DNA of 64,000 nucleotides from Lama glama (Eukaryota). The number at the start of each line of letters is the position of its first letter. Positions within the stretch are counted from its first letter, which is position 1. Where the stretch lies: positions 104,720,001-104,784,000 of the forward strand of contig CM052817.1 of the NCBI GenBank assembly GCA_028534125.1. Direction: 5' to 3'. This document shows positions 1 to 12,293 of this stretch, one piece after another. Position numbers and translations under genes: made by a program. A model generated the notes under the pieces. It searched no databases. It saw only the letters and a list, made by a program, of their open reading frames with translations, and was not told the origin of the DNA.

Positions 1-440
1 AGCATTATTAGTCATAAAGGAAATGAAAATCAAAACCACACCTAGGATGACTAAAATAAAAAAGACAATAATAAGTGTTGACAGGAATGTGGACCAATGG
101 TACCCTCATATGTTGGTAGAAATGTGAAATAGTGTGGCCACTCTGAAAAGTACTTTACAGGTTCCTCAAAATGTTAAACATAGATTTACCATAAGATCCA
201 GCAAGACCTGCTCATAGATTATATGCTGAGAAAGCAGAGAAATATGCCACCCAAAAACGTGTACACCATGTTCATAGCAGCACAGTTCATAATAGCCAAA
301 TGGTGGAAACAACCCAAATGTCCATCAACTAATGTATAAATAAACAAGATGTGGTCTACACATACTTGGGAATATTATTTGTCAATAAAGGAATCATTTG
401 GTGATAAAAAAAGGAAAGAAATACTGATATGACACATGCT
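1..440 (+). mobile_element. Old L1 (L1M) ORF2 end / 3'UTR fragment
   Basis: aaatgaaaatcaaaaccac...atgttcatagcagc...tggaaacaacccaaatgtccatcaac. Confidence 0.8.
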
Positions 441-2124
441 GCAATAAATCTGTTATTTGAAAAAACAACTGAATTGTAAAATGTAGAACAGATCTAAAAA
501 GAGAGCAACTTTTATATATATAAGAACATTTTTATTGTTTAATACCATATATTTTTTAACTTTTGAGCTGCCATAAATTTAGCCATTGTGGATTATTCCA
601 ACCATTGCTGGTCCATATAACTATGTCTAAGTAATTTTAAAATAATTTAATTTATTCTCTTAATTGTGTTGTATCAAGATCAGTCATGCTTGTTGAATCA
701 TGATCAAGCACATGTGTAAAGAGACTGAAATGTATTAACTTCAGCAAAAAAAAAAAAAGTAGTAAATTCCTATTAATTACTGGCACCACAATTCTGTTAA
801 GGTTAGAAGTATATTAACTAAATTACATAACTTACGTAAAGTAGAATACAGGCACTCTATCAATTGCTTTGCCAAGAGTGTGAGCTAAAAAAACAGCAGC
901 AGCACAAAGCAATCGAGATGATTTTACTCCATCTCATGTTAGATTACTTTCATCCTTTGAAAATAACTAAAGTCTTTTTTTTTTTTAATGTTAAGGAATG
1001 TTGTTTCTAAACTTGAAAAATAGTCATGGACAGTTTGTTTCAAATATCATGAAACTCTGCAATTCAATAATGATTTATTTATTTGTTAGCCACCTGGGAA
1101 CTGTGGGTGGTGTGTGTTCTCCAACTATCTTTTGATAAAATGTCCTTGGAAACGAGTAGTGGGCACCATGCCGATGTTCCTTCGGTTTTCTCTTGATGTC
1201 AAATAGATAATGTTTTGAATCTCTGTCAGTCTCCTCCCTTAATACTGATGCATTCAGCCCATAGTCATTAAATAATGCTGTGATATATATGAGCAGAGTT
1301 ACTGCAGTTTTCACAGAACTGTGGCCAGAACAAGAAAAAAAAATGTAACCAAATGACAGCAAGCTCTAGTTTCCTTGTTTCTCTTTTAAATTGCACAGCA
1401 CATGGATATAATCCAGCCACAGGCAGCAGTGTGAGCACATCCTTTTCCTAGAGTCCATTAAGAATTCCCTGTATGAATCAGATTGATGAAATATTTCAGC
1501 CATAAAATTACAATGTGGGATGCACAATATAGTCTTACGTGTTTTCTTTTAAATCAGCCTGGTTAATCCAAGCCTACTTATCTCACATTGATTAATTTAA
1601 TTAGCTACTTTTAAAATGTCATATAATCACCCAGAGGCCTTTGAATTATGAGTTTAGGCTTAAAAAGCTAAGCTAAATGGAATAATAAAATAAACTGCCC
1701 TATCAGAATTTTAAAATATATGTTTGATGTTTTTTAAATTGGCTTTTAATTTTTATTTATGCAATCTTAGAATAAGGTTGAGAGTAATTATATTGAAATA
1801 TACACATCATTTAATTCTGAGTAAGAATAAAGTGGATCAATGAGGGGGAAATATCTTTTCTTTCTTCCTATTCTAGGTATGTTAAAATTTTTTTTTAAAT
1901 ATTTATTTTCAAATTTCGCTCCTCTAAGCAAAGAGTCTGAGACTTTTAATTAAAACTAGTAACAGTTCACTCACTAACTAAACTAAGATTCATTTGTCAA
2001 GTGCCTATATAATATATTATTAATGGGTAATTTTGAATATTAACTGTATGATTTATTTTAAAATATTGATAACATTAACATGATAACTTTATCATTGAGT
2101 GAAAAAATGAACACTTGAGCACTG

Positions 2125-2205
2125 ATTAGCACTATTTCCATTTTGCAGCTATGAAACACAGAGAGGCTAAGTCACTTGCCCAAGGTAACACAGCTAGAAA
2201 TGCAG
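2125..2205 (+). mobile_element. MIR fragment
   Basis: ccattttgcag...gagaggctaagtcacttgcccaaggt.acacagcta core. Confidence 0.7.
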
Positions 2206-3094
2206 AAGAGTAATTTAATTGCTAAAACTACATTTCACATGTAAATGTCTCTCTACAAACTATGACTTCTGTTCTTACTACAAATGTCTTTTTTTTTTTT
2301 AAACATTCCAAACTGGGTTGGAAATTTGAAAGCAAGTTACTTCATAACATTTTCCATCCCCACACAAACCCCACCGGTTGGCAGCAATGTCTGTGACATG
2401 TCATTTTTGATATTTCTAATCTTTATCCCTGAAGGAAATTGGCAGTGAAAAAAATTAAATGGAAATTTCCAAAATCCAATAATTAAAGCTTAACTTCTGT
2501 CTTAGAAACAGAAAAGCCAGTTTGGGAAGAACAGAATTCTTCCCAAACTATTTACTGTCTTATATTTGTTTCAAATTCTCCTCTGTTGGAATATTTATTT
2601 TTAACAGTAATTAGTGATTTAGATCTGTTTCCTAGTTCACCTCTAAAAAGTGCTCGTTTTTTACATTTAGCTCTCAAGCTTACACCCTATTCTGATGATA
2701 TCAAAAGCAGATCTGGAGTTTTATTAAATGTTGTAATTACTTCTTTGTAAGTGTGGTACTCTTTAAATTATAAAGCTTGAATTTGAGAATATAATTTTAA
2801 ACTGTAATTTTGATTTATACAGATCATCTTTGTTGCTGACCATCAGTCACATTTATTGAAATCAGCTATACTTGATTGAGTTCCTGTTACTCAGAAATGA
2901 TCACGCTGTTTTTAACACTTACAGACAATAAGCTACCCAGGCTGAGGGTCCGTGTCTAGTTCCTCTGTGTGATTTCCCTAGCATGTTTCATAGATGCAAG
3001 ATGCCAAGTAAATTTGCAATTATTTTCTGTTATGAGAGAGTCAGAGACATATAAACAAGCAATTCGATTCCAAATTTTCCATATACTCGTTTTC

Positions 3095-3270
3095 TCAGTG
3101 TATGAAATTAGTCAACTTCTTATTTGCATCATCTCTGAAGTAGAAAAAAAAAAAACCAATACTGTCCTCATAGTGTTAGCTTGAGAATTGAATGAGATAA
3201 TGTGTCTCAAGCAGCTCACATGGTGCCAAAATCATACTAAGAGCTCACCTGCAGTTAGCTATTAATAAGT
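3095..3270 (-). mobile_element. MIR fragment
   Basis: ctcatag.gtt...gagaattgaatgagataatgtg...agc.c.catggtgcc. Confidence 0.55.
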
Positions 3271-3659
3271 GAAGGAAAGATAATGAAATCTTTTTCTGGT
3301 GACCACATGTACACTGTAATGGCTAAAGGGAAAAACCTAAATATGCTTCTAGAGGAAATTGGTTGGAAAAAATTACGTATAATAGAATATTATACCATCA
3401 GCAAAAGGGGTAATAAAGTGCTTTAGGTCCTGTTATGGAGTTCCCTGCAGGGTAGGCTGTTACCTAAAGCCAAAAACAAATCACAGTGTGGAGTGGGGAT
3501 ATATGCTACCCTGTGCAAAAAAGGAAAAGGAGGAATTTATATGCACTGTCACCATGCTGGGGAGAACATGCAGAAGAATCAGGCACAGACTCTCATCTTG
3601 AGGAGTTTATTGCCTGTAAGATTTAAAAACAGCCTGATCATTTCTGAGTAACAGGATAC

Positions 3660-4175
3660 ATCTAGGTTTTTCTGGCTGGTCTGAGATTGAGATTGACCTG
3701 AGAAAAATCATACAAAATTTAATAATAGGTATACAAGGGAGACACCCAGAAAAGCTGAGTAACTCCCCAAAAGGACAGCAGTCTTCCCCTTAAATACCAT
3801 CTTCAGCTAAAGACAAAAGAGGATGTTGGGGTTAGTGATGCGAAATTTCAAAGACAAGGAAGGCAATTCGCATGGAGTTGGAAAAGCAAATGTACGGTAA
3901 ACACGTGTTTGCAAGGCCAGGCAGAGACAGTGGGACACACAGAGGACTCTGATCTCAAGGTTCTGTTCCGCCACCACACTAGCCGTGTTCTTTGCAGACA
4001 TCTCTGGTGATCACTGTATTCTGGGAACAGGCCTGTTTTATAATTATTTCCAGGCAGCCAAGGGGGAGACAAGATGAAAACCTCCCAAGACTTATGTTTC
4101 TTAAAAATAACCAGCCTAGATTAATCCTCATGCCAAAGAGACACATTTTGGGGTGACAGATTATGCTTCCATTCA
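3660..4175 (-). repeat. 3' LTR of outer ERV1 (left boundary approximate)
   Basis: Aligns by eye with 15060-15590, e.g. ccttaaataccatct...aggatgt..ggggttagtg, aggcaattc.catgga and tattctgggaac. Confidence 0.8.
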
Positions 4176-7100
4176 GTCCTACCTTTGAAACGTCTTGGAG
4201 AAGTCTCCCAGTCCAGAAGCTGAGTTGGTAGCTGGTTCCATCTCACTGAACCATTCTCTGAGTCCTGATCATAGGTCATGCTAGTTAAAGTCATTTGGGG
4301 AGGCAGCAAAGCAGGTGGGCTCTCAAAGTTTGGTCTACGTGGTGCTAGAAACCAGGTATCTAATAAGGGGTATCTTTCTGGAGACAAAAGAAGAACAAAG
4401 ATTAGTGATTGGAGAAAATTATAACCCAGTCTCTGAGCCCAGGGGGCAGCCAGTTGGTAAGATTTCTAGATGTCAGGGTCCAACCATCTTTTGCAGTTTG
4501 AAATGCCTTCAATAATGTCATCGGGTGTTCAGGTAAACTTCTGAGTGGCTCACACAGCAGCAGGCAAGAGGATTGTCATCCGAACACAGGCTACGGTGGT
4601 CATCTCTCTTATGGTTATATCACATTGTTCAACTTAATTTGTAGGGCTTCAGGAAAAGGGTACTTTTAGTACAAAAGAGGGAAAAATGGATACATTAGTT
4701 TGGAGTATTATAGTCAAGAATTATAGTCAACTGAAAGAATTCAGAATTCAGTGCAGTTTACAGGGGGAAAAACAAAACTTCAAAGATGATTAACAGAACT
4801 AGAATTTAATATTCACAACTGTGTATTATGGTTTCTACTGAAAGAACTTTTTTTCTAATATCATCAATATTTCTACAAAAGATAGCCAGATTAAGACTAA
4901 TTTGTTTGCAAAATAAATTTAGTTTTATTAAACTTAAACTAATTCTTTACATAAATCCAGCAAGAATAGGAATTGACCCTACAGACTCTTTTAAATATGT
5001 TTTGCCGGAACTTTTTATAACCTCAGGATTGAATTTTTAATTGCATTTCAAGGTCGGGAAGCTACGCCAAGGAATGGCCATCAGAATCACCTGTAATACC
5101 TATAGATTTGCGTGAATTCCTCTCTTATGAGGTCTCCCAAATATCCCGAGGTTCCTGCACCTGCCAGGAAGTGGCCTTCCTTACTCACCTGGTAAGGCTG
5201 CTTGCCTTGGGAACCCTGTAAGCAAGGTAGCAGGCTGTTTTTCCAAAGGGAACTTATGGCTTCATAAAGTCAGTCTTAGCTCCTTAAATCTGTCTGATTT
5301 TATCTGAATCCATGCATGCCACTCTCAAATTAAACATTCTGGTCAATGCCTTGGTAATCAATGTTTCCAGCTGGGTCCTGTTACAAGGAGAATAGATTCT
5401 CAGTGAACTCATGTACATAAACATATTGCCATGAAAAGAATAGTCACTACATGTTCCAAATTCTGGAGGGATCAGATAAGGAGAATGCAGATGTTTCAAT
5501 TCTGCTTAGGAAGGTTTAATTTAGCAAATTGCTATAAATCACAGTTAGCGTAAGAAACAGATTTCCTTATATCTGAAAAGCAAAGATTAAAAAGGCAATA
5601 ATATTTCAGACAAAAGTCATAAAAATTATAATCATATTCATCAGTTCATTTGGTACCATGTAATTAATTCTTCTTGACCTTGATCTTTTGTTAGCAAAAT
5701 TTATGAAGCCATCTGTATTTCCATTATGGTTCTGTAATTTCTTACTCAGTTTAGTTGTATGATCTAAAAGCTTTCAGGAGCCCCTATTTATCAAAAAGCC
5801 CATTCTATGAATCATTTTTGAAGATGAAGCATTTTTGTAAAAGCATCAGAATAAAACAATAATTGTCTATAAATAACAAAAGACATAGTTACAGAACTGA
5901 TTATAATGCAATTGACAAGGAAATTTGTTTATTTTTGTGACATATAACATTTTAAGATAATAACTAGAATTACGACTGATAACATTTTACCAAGACATTG
6001 GTAATATAAATAATACCAGGTTTCTTTAGGAATTTCATATAATTTTTACAGCACTGATATTAATAACATTCGTCTATGCAATATAAACTAAGAAGGCTAT
6101 TATCACTATTTGACAATGCTTCCCATATAATTTAATATGCCAAATAATTTTAGTATCTCTGAGATATTTCAGAGACCCTTTGAAAAATACCAAAGTTAGC
6201 TAAACATCAGAAAGGCTTTATAGAAATTGATTTGGGAAAGTTTATCAAATAGATCAGAAAGCTCGAAAATAGTCAAATAGGATCATAAGTCACTGTGAAA
6301 CAATACTTAAGTTATCCTCTTAACCAAATTGACAATAAAAGATCCCAAAGACAAATACAGAAAGTTACAACAGATCACTTAAAAGGAAAAGAAATCTTAC
6401 AATCTGTTATTCAAAAGCAGATCAACAGTCCAAGAAAACTTTGTCCCTTTAGTAGAGAGAAAACCGAAGTCTAGTTTTGTACCAGCTTAATTTTGACATT
6501 AAAAATTATTCAGTTAAATTCATTCTAATCTTAGCCAGTTCTAATCATACACAAAACTCTTTTCTAAGATCTTTTCTCAGGGTTCCTTTTCCATAAACCT
6601 TCTATAACTTTCTTTTTTTACATTCAGCTTTTGTCCTATGTTCATTGTCCTCCCTCCCCCCCATTTTAACCTCTTTTTAGGAGAAATTACTTTTTTTCCT
6701 TAACAAAATGCATTTCCATTCCTTATACCTTAAAATATTTCTTCTGTATAAAATGTTTTCCTTATTAATTTTAGCAGTCTTAATTACATATACTAATTAG
6801 AATTCTTAACTGTTAGAAAACTTAACTTCTAAGAAAAAAACTAAGAAATAAGCCATTATGAACTGTTTGTTATAGCAGTATTTTTTTGATTGGCGAACTT
6901 ATTTCATAATTTCTAGAAACATACATTTTCTCATAGCATTTTTAAAAAATTTTAATGTTGTAAAAATGTTTACTAATAGAATCAAACATCTTTAGTATTT
7001 TTGTAACAAAAAGGCAAAAGTAGATAAACTTAGACTTGTTCAGCAAGTAATGTTTCAATATTTTATCTTATTTTGAAATAATCTACACATTTACTGAATT

Positions 7101-7611
7101 CCCATCATTTAACTTAACTTAGCAAAATTCTAAAGTTTTAAGTTACAGAAAGATTTGGGGAGCTATTTTTAAGTCTTATCCCACTTACATTTGTCTAAAT
7201 CACTTACTCCCAACAATTATGTTCAGATTGCCCTTGTAAACTTCGTGATACATTAGATAAAGTCAGCCGTCACCTCAAGCTATTTCTCTTGCTGATAAGC
7301 TTTGTAACAGAAATAATATAAACCTACTTGATCTTTGGTAAACCTAGGTAGAATAAAGGTTTTACATTTAGTGCTGATAACTCTAAAGACATATATATTT
7401 TAATTAAACCCAAAACTTTAAATCTGTTTTATTTCCTAAAGATTGGTCCTAGATCATATAAACTTGAAAAAACATTTGGGTTCATTTATATTGTATTTTT
7501 GAAGATTTTAATATAAGCTCCTGTTTGTTTTAGTCAATTAAACAGAGCTCTTTTTCTAAGTTAATTTTGGCAATGCTATCTATAGGTAGAAAAATACCGT
7601 ATCTATAAAGT

Positions 7612-7667
7612 GTATATATATATATGTGTGTGTGTGTGTATACATATATATATATATATATATACAT
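7612..7667. repeat. (TA)n(TG)n(TA)n microsatellite
   Basis: Seen directly. Confidence 0.95.
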
Positions 7668-7792
7668 AAAAATAGGCACAGAGATCTTATAGTTCTAATT
7701 TTAAAACTTTAGTCATGAATGAGGTATAATACGACTCACTAGTTTCTAAGGAACACTTGAAATAAATTAAGTTTACTTGCTCATATGGCTAA

Positions 7793-8292
7793 NNNNNNNN
7801 NNNNNNNNNNNNNNNNNNNNNNNNNNNNNNNNNNNNNNNNNNNNNNNNNNNNNNNNNNNNNNNNNNNNNNNNNNNNNNNNNNNNNNNNNNNNNNNNNNNN
7901 NNNNNNNNNNNNNNNNNNNNNNNNNNNNNNNNNNNNNNNNNNNNNNNNNNNNNNNNNNNNNNNNNNNNNNNNNNNNNNNNNNNNNNNNNNNNNNNNNNNN
8001 NNNNNNNNNNNNNNNNNNNNNNNNNNNNNNNNNNNNNNNNNNNNNNNNNNNNNNNNNNNNNNNNNNNNNNNNNNNNNNNNNNNNNNNNNNNNNNNNNNNN
8101 NNNNNNNNNNNNNNNNNNNNNNNNNNNNNNNNNNNNNNNNNNNNNNNNNNNNNNNNNNNNNNNNNNNNNNNNNNNNNNNNNNNNNNNNNNNNNNNNNNNN
8201 NNNNNNNNNNNNNNNNNNNNNNNNNNNNNNNNNNNNNNNNNNNNNNNNNNNNNNNNNNNNNNNNNNNNNNNNNNNNNNNNNNNNNNNNNNNN
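7793..8292. other. Assembly gap (500 N)
   Basis: Run of N. Confidence 1.
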
Positions 8293-8479
8293 CTCTAGTC
8301 ATAGGACCCCAAATCTTTGGGACATAGAGGGCAATGACCGCTCTAGCTGCTTCCTGCTGATCTGGGGTATTGGTGGGGCTCGTTGGGGTCCCAGACTAGC
8401 TGGCTGTCACTGGACAGGTGGTGAGCAAAGTATTGGTGTTCATCAAGGGGCTTGTATAAAAGCTGTCTTGACTGATTGT

Positions 8480-8580
8480 TTGATTACCTTGTTGTATGGC
8501 CATTTGAAGTTTGGCTCTAGATGAGAAGAAACACATTTTATAAGAAGGTTGAAAAAACTAGAGGTCCAATAATAATACCT
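8480..8580 (-). pseudogene. env: ERV env C-terminal remnant
   Basis: Minus strand reads, with frameshifts, GPLVFNLL..VSSHLE.KLQMA, resembling gamma-type TM tails (GPCIFNLLVKFVSSR..KLQM). Confidence 0.55.
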
Positions 8581-8743
8581 GATATTTAAGAAGCTGAGCA
8601 TCTGAGAGCCGGGAACATCCCTTGCCTTTTAAAAGACCAGAAATTTGGTGGTTAGCGTATGCTTGTATTGGGGCCCCCAGAGTTAGCTTAAAAGCTTCCT
8701 CCAGGAGAGTGGAGAGGTCTCCCAAGACCCTTAGGCAGGAAGG

Positions 8744-9870
8744 CTAGCCTCGAGCAGTGGCATCTAGCCACTTGGAGAGGTATCCCATAGGCTGTTGGGT
8801 AGGACCCAGCCATTGGGTGAGGACCTGCAAGGCTATTCCTCCTCTGTCATGAACATAGAACTGGAAGGGCCTTGTAGGTTGTGGAAGCCCCAAGGCTGGG
8901 GATCTTACTAGATTTTTTAATTCTTCCATTGCATCCCATTGGGAAGAACCCCATTGAAGAGGTACTGAGTCATCCTTAGCCCTTAAACTGTCATATAGAG
9001 TTTGGGCTATGGACCCATAGTTAGGGATCCAAAGCCAACCTGTTAGTCCAAGAAATGCCCTGAGCTGTTTTCGAGTAGTGGGATTAGGGAGTTGTAAGAT
9101 TCCCTGAATTTGTTCAAAGGATAGGCTACGGTTTCCAGGAGTCAGAACAACTCCTAGATAAGTGACCTCTTGTTTGCCCATTTTGGCCTTGAACCTGGAA
9201 ACTTTATATCCCTGCTTGGCCAAGAAGTTAAGAGTTTGGATTGCATGTTGGATGGCCTGTTCTTGAGTAAGGGAGCAGATAAGTAGGTCATCTACATATT
9301 GGGGAATAGTTCCTTTTTTAAGCTGTAAGTCCTGTAAATATTGGGCCAAAGCTTGCCCAAAGGGGTGAGGACTGTCTCCAAGCCCTTGTGGTAGTGCTGT
9401 CCAGGTTAGCTGGCACTGATACCCATTGGGTGAGTCCCACTGAAAGGCAAATAAATATTGGGACTGGAGACTAAGGGGTATAAAAAAGAGCATCTTTTAG
9501 GTCTAAGGTGGTGTACCGCTGGGTTCCTGGAGGTATGTTTCCCAGTAACACACAGGGGTTTGAATCACTGGATGAAGAGGTACTGCTGCCTCATTTATGA
9601 TTCATAAATCCTGGACCAGTCTATAGCTCCCAACTTTTTTAATGACCGGAAGGACAGGTGTGTTGCAGGGGGAGTTTAACAGGAATTAGGAGTCTACACT
9701 GTAAGAGCTGAGAAATTACTGGCTGAAGGCCCTTCCTTGCCTCAGGCTTTAAACGATATTGTTCTTGATTAGGGGACCAGGTAGGATCTCTGCAGGAGAT
9801 GACAGCCGGAGCAGCCGTCTTCACCTGCCCTGGGATGCCTTGATCCCAGACAGCGGGATTAATTTTATTC
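8744..9870 (-). pseudogene. pol: Decayed ERV pol (reverse transcriptase), frameshifted, truncated before RNase H/integrase
   Basis: QYRLKPEARKGLQP; YLFAFQW...QLTWTALPQG...QYVDDLL...YLGV...RKQLRAFLGLTG...PMGYLSKWLD. Confidence 0.92.
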
Positions 9871-9917
9871 TCCCAGGCCTGTCAGTCTGGAGGTTTTCCT
9901 CCTTCCCCAGAGAGCAA

Positions 9918-10288
9918 TTAGAGTTGTAAAGAGGTGGAAGTTTGGGGATTTTCTTCCAGGATAACTCGGGTTCCCAACTTGTAAAGAAGATCTCCGGCTA
10001 AAAGGGAGCGACTAGGACGTTCTGGTATGGATAAGAAAGAATGTGCCAATGAGCATTCATCCCATAAACAAAGCAGGTGAGTAAAGACTCTTAAGGTCAG
10101 CTTACCTGTGACTCTCATGATGGTACAGAATCTAGAGGAGAAGGGTTCAGAGAAAGAAGTCGGGACAGAGTAGGTGGCCCCGGGATCCAAAAGAAAAGTT
10201 ACTGTCCTACCGGCCACATCTATTTGTACCCGTGTCTCCAGCCAGTGATCAAGATCTCTTGCACTGGGGCCGACTGGACGGGGCCTCT
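9918..10288 (-). pseudogene. pro: Decayed ERV protease
   Basis: RVQIDVAGRTVTFLLDPGATYSV (DTG changed to DPG) ... LLAGDLLYKLG. Confidence 0.85.
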
Positions 10289-10975
10289 TCAGTCCTGGAC
10301 AACCATCTGTGGGTCTTGGGCTGGTTTTCCCCCATGAGCCATTTGGCTCAAAGGACAGAGGGCCACCCAATGACCCTGTTGGCTACATGGAAAGCAGGCA
10401 GATCTTGGAGGTTTGTCCTTGTAGGGACATTCTTTAGCCCAGTGACCAGGTCAGCGGCAGAAGTTGCACTTGTTGTTGGACTTACCTCTGGCTGTGGGGG
10501 GCCAGGTACGTCAGGACAGTGGCTGCCCTTGAGGGGCTGCAGTCATCTGGACAGGCCTGGCCTCTTCCCTTCTTTCCTACTCCTGAGCCTTGGCCTCTGA
10601 CCTCGATTATAAAAACTGTGGCAGCGGTGGTTAGCACTTCATCAAGATTTACTCCAGATTCCTGGATCACCTTTTGGAGTTTTCAAAGCTATCAAAAGTA
10701 ATGGAGGAGCTAAAGACAGTGTCTTTCCTGAGTATGAGGGAAATGAAAGTTATGTGGTAGGGAGAGCAGGGCAAACTGTAGGTTTAGGACAGTCCCCCTC
10801 TCTAGGGGGTGTTGGGGACAGTAGGTTATTAGATGTTACCATAACCTGAGTGGTTAACTTACATCCTTCTAGGAGATCATTGCTGTCTCTCAGTAAGTAA
10901 AAAATATGAATGGTCCCAGTTGGCCAATATGCAGCCCAAAGGAGTCCCAGCAGGGGCTGACTTTTGGTTTCCCAC
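10289..10975 (-). pseudogene. gag: Decayed ERV gag
   Basis: GTG-GNQKSAPAGTPLGCILANWD (MA start) at 10975; FYLLRDSNDLLEGCKL; KLQKVIQESG..VF(Y)NR (CA C-terminus); knuckles CNFCR*PGHWAKEC and CFPCSQQGHWVALC; ends QD-TGA at 10291-10289. Contains deletions and frameshifts. Confidence 0.8.
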
Positions 10976-11381
10976 CTGAAAAACAAGGGGAGGATACAGG
11001 GGCATTTTCAGAGCTTAGTGTCCTAACGTGAAAAGCCTATGGACTAGGCTGATGTCTGGGCCTCTGTCCACAACCAAATGCATCCTAGAGGGTAGCCGTG
11101 GATCAGCAGCGCCTAGCGTCCTAGGGTCCTGATTCAGGGATGGAAGCTGACGTCTCAGCCTCCACTACAGAACAGCGGGGAACGGCCACAGTCTTACCAT
11201 GTGCTGGGGGGCTCCGTGGTCTGATTGGAATGATCTTCAGTTTAGCTGGTGGCTGATCACCCTACCACACCTTGTATTCTCAGCCCAGCAGCCACAAGTG
11301 GCCCCAGGAGCTTGTACTCCACTGGCTGGCCTCAGGGAGGGAGAGGGAAATGAGGGAGGAAAGATTGGGTTTAAGTACACC

Positions 11382-11399
11382 ATCTGCGTCACGGCACCA
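11382..11399 (-). other. Primer binding site, tRNA-His type
   Basis: Minus strand TGGTGCCGTGACGCAGAT versus canonical His PBS TGGTGCCGTGACTCGGAT (2 mismatches), 7 nt from the LTR end at 11407. Confidence 0.85.
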
Positions 11400-11406
11400 A
11401 AATTAA

Positions 11407-11734
11407 TGTTACCAGGAAAAGAAAAATGAGAATTACCTCCGTTCTTAGTCATCTGATAAAAAGACTTTTGATGAGAGACAAAAAGCATGATGTAAATAAG
11501 ATTCTTATTAGTGAAATAAAAAAAATAGTGAAAAATAGTACACTCCTGAGAATTGGGAGGGGGCCAATCCAAGAGAGGGGAAATGGCGCTGTTTCTTTTT
11601 TCTCCTGTTTTTATATCCTGGTTTCATGATTGATTAATGATTGATTGATTGACAATGGTTGATAGTTAATTGACAGCTCAGGTTCCTTGTGTTCTGGATT
11701 GTTTGTTTCCCCATGACTAAGTCTCAGTCTTACA
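11407..11734 (-). repeat. 5' LTR of inner ERV (right end uncertain)
   Basis: TG at 11407. Minus-strand TATA-like ATATAAAA at ~11610 and CAAT repeats at 11628-11655. Shares blocks (agtacac...gaat.gggagg...atccaagag, gattgattgacagctc) with the solo LTR at 32238-32804. Confidence 0.65.
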
Positions 11735-12293
11735 GTACTGGGTAAGGGAAGCATTCCCAGCCAGAGAAAACAGACATCACCATGTGCCACGCAGGCAACA
11801 TCAACACAACCTCTTTAGGTAACATCTGCTCGAACATTCCAACATTTATAATGCTATCAGCACTTGCATTTTTTACATTTTCTCAATCTAGTTGTAGCCT
11901 GAATCAGAGTTCTACCTTTGGGTTGTGGGACCACAGCTTGTGCGTTCTTGCATCAAGGAGTTCCAGAAACTACTCTCCATCCACTGACCATTTTACTGAT
12001 TCCTGGACCCCAGTAGAGTCAAGCCAAGTGACCCTGGCCTTTCTGGTAATCTTTGACTTGATTCTCCCCAAGTGATTGCTGGTCAGATTTCTCATTGTCA
12101 TTTTTGTCTTCTGACTTTTTAAATTTAACCAAACTGGATTAAACAGAGCAAACGTGCTTGGGGCCCTTTAGTACTGGGGAGACTGGTCCTTTTGGCTCAC
12201 CCAACGTTAGGTAATGCTGTGTCAAAAAAAAAAAAAAAAAGAAAAACTTTGTTTTAACCCTTTCAATGCCAGTTCTATTCATCCCATTTCTTA

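Larger units (their letters stand above)
8293..11734 (-). mobile_element. Nested, internally deleted gamma-like ERV (HERV-H/F-like): 5'LTR-PBS(His)-gag remnants-pro-RT-env tail; 3' end lost in the gap, LTR right end uncertain
   Basis: PBS-His, gag MA and CA motifs, two CCHC knuckles, UGA gag stop, protease motif, RT LPQG/YVDD, env cytoplasmic-tail remnant and the 3' motif CAGCAGGAAGCAGCTAGAGCGGTC. Confidence 0.88.

Noticed and set aside
7777..8327. Long ORFs of X residues (also at 29434-30287)
   Set aside because: Artefacts of translating through N gaps.
8744..9493. 249-aa RT ORF as a domesticated or functional gene
   Set aside because: It starts mid-RT after a frameshift, lacks the N-terminus, RNase H and integrase, and the neighbouring protease has DPG in place of DTG. 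It is a provirus remnant.
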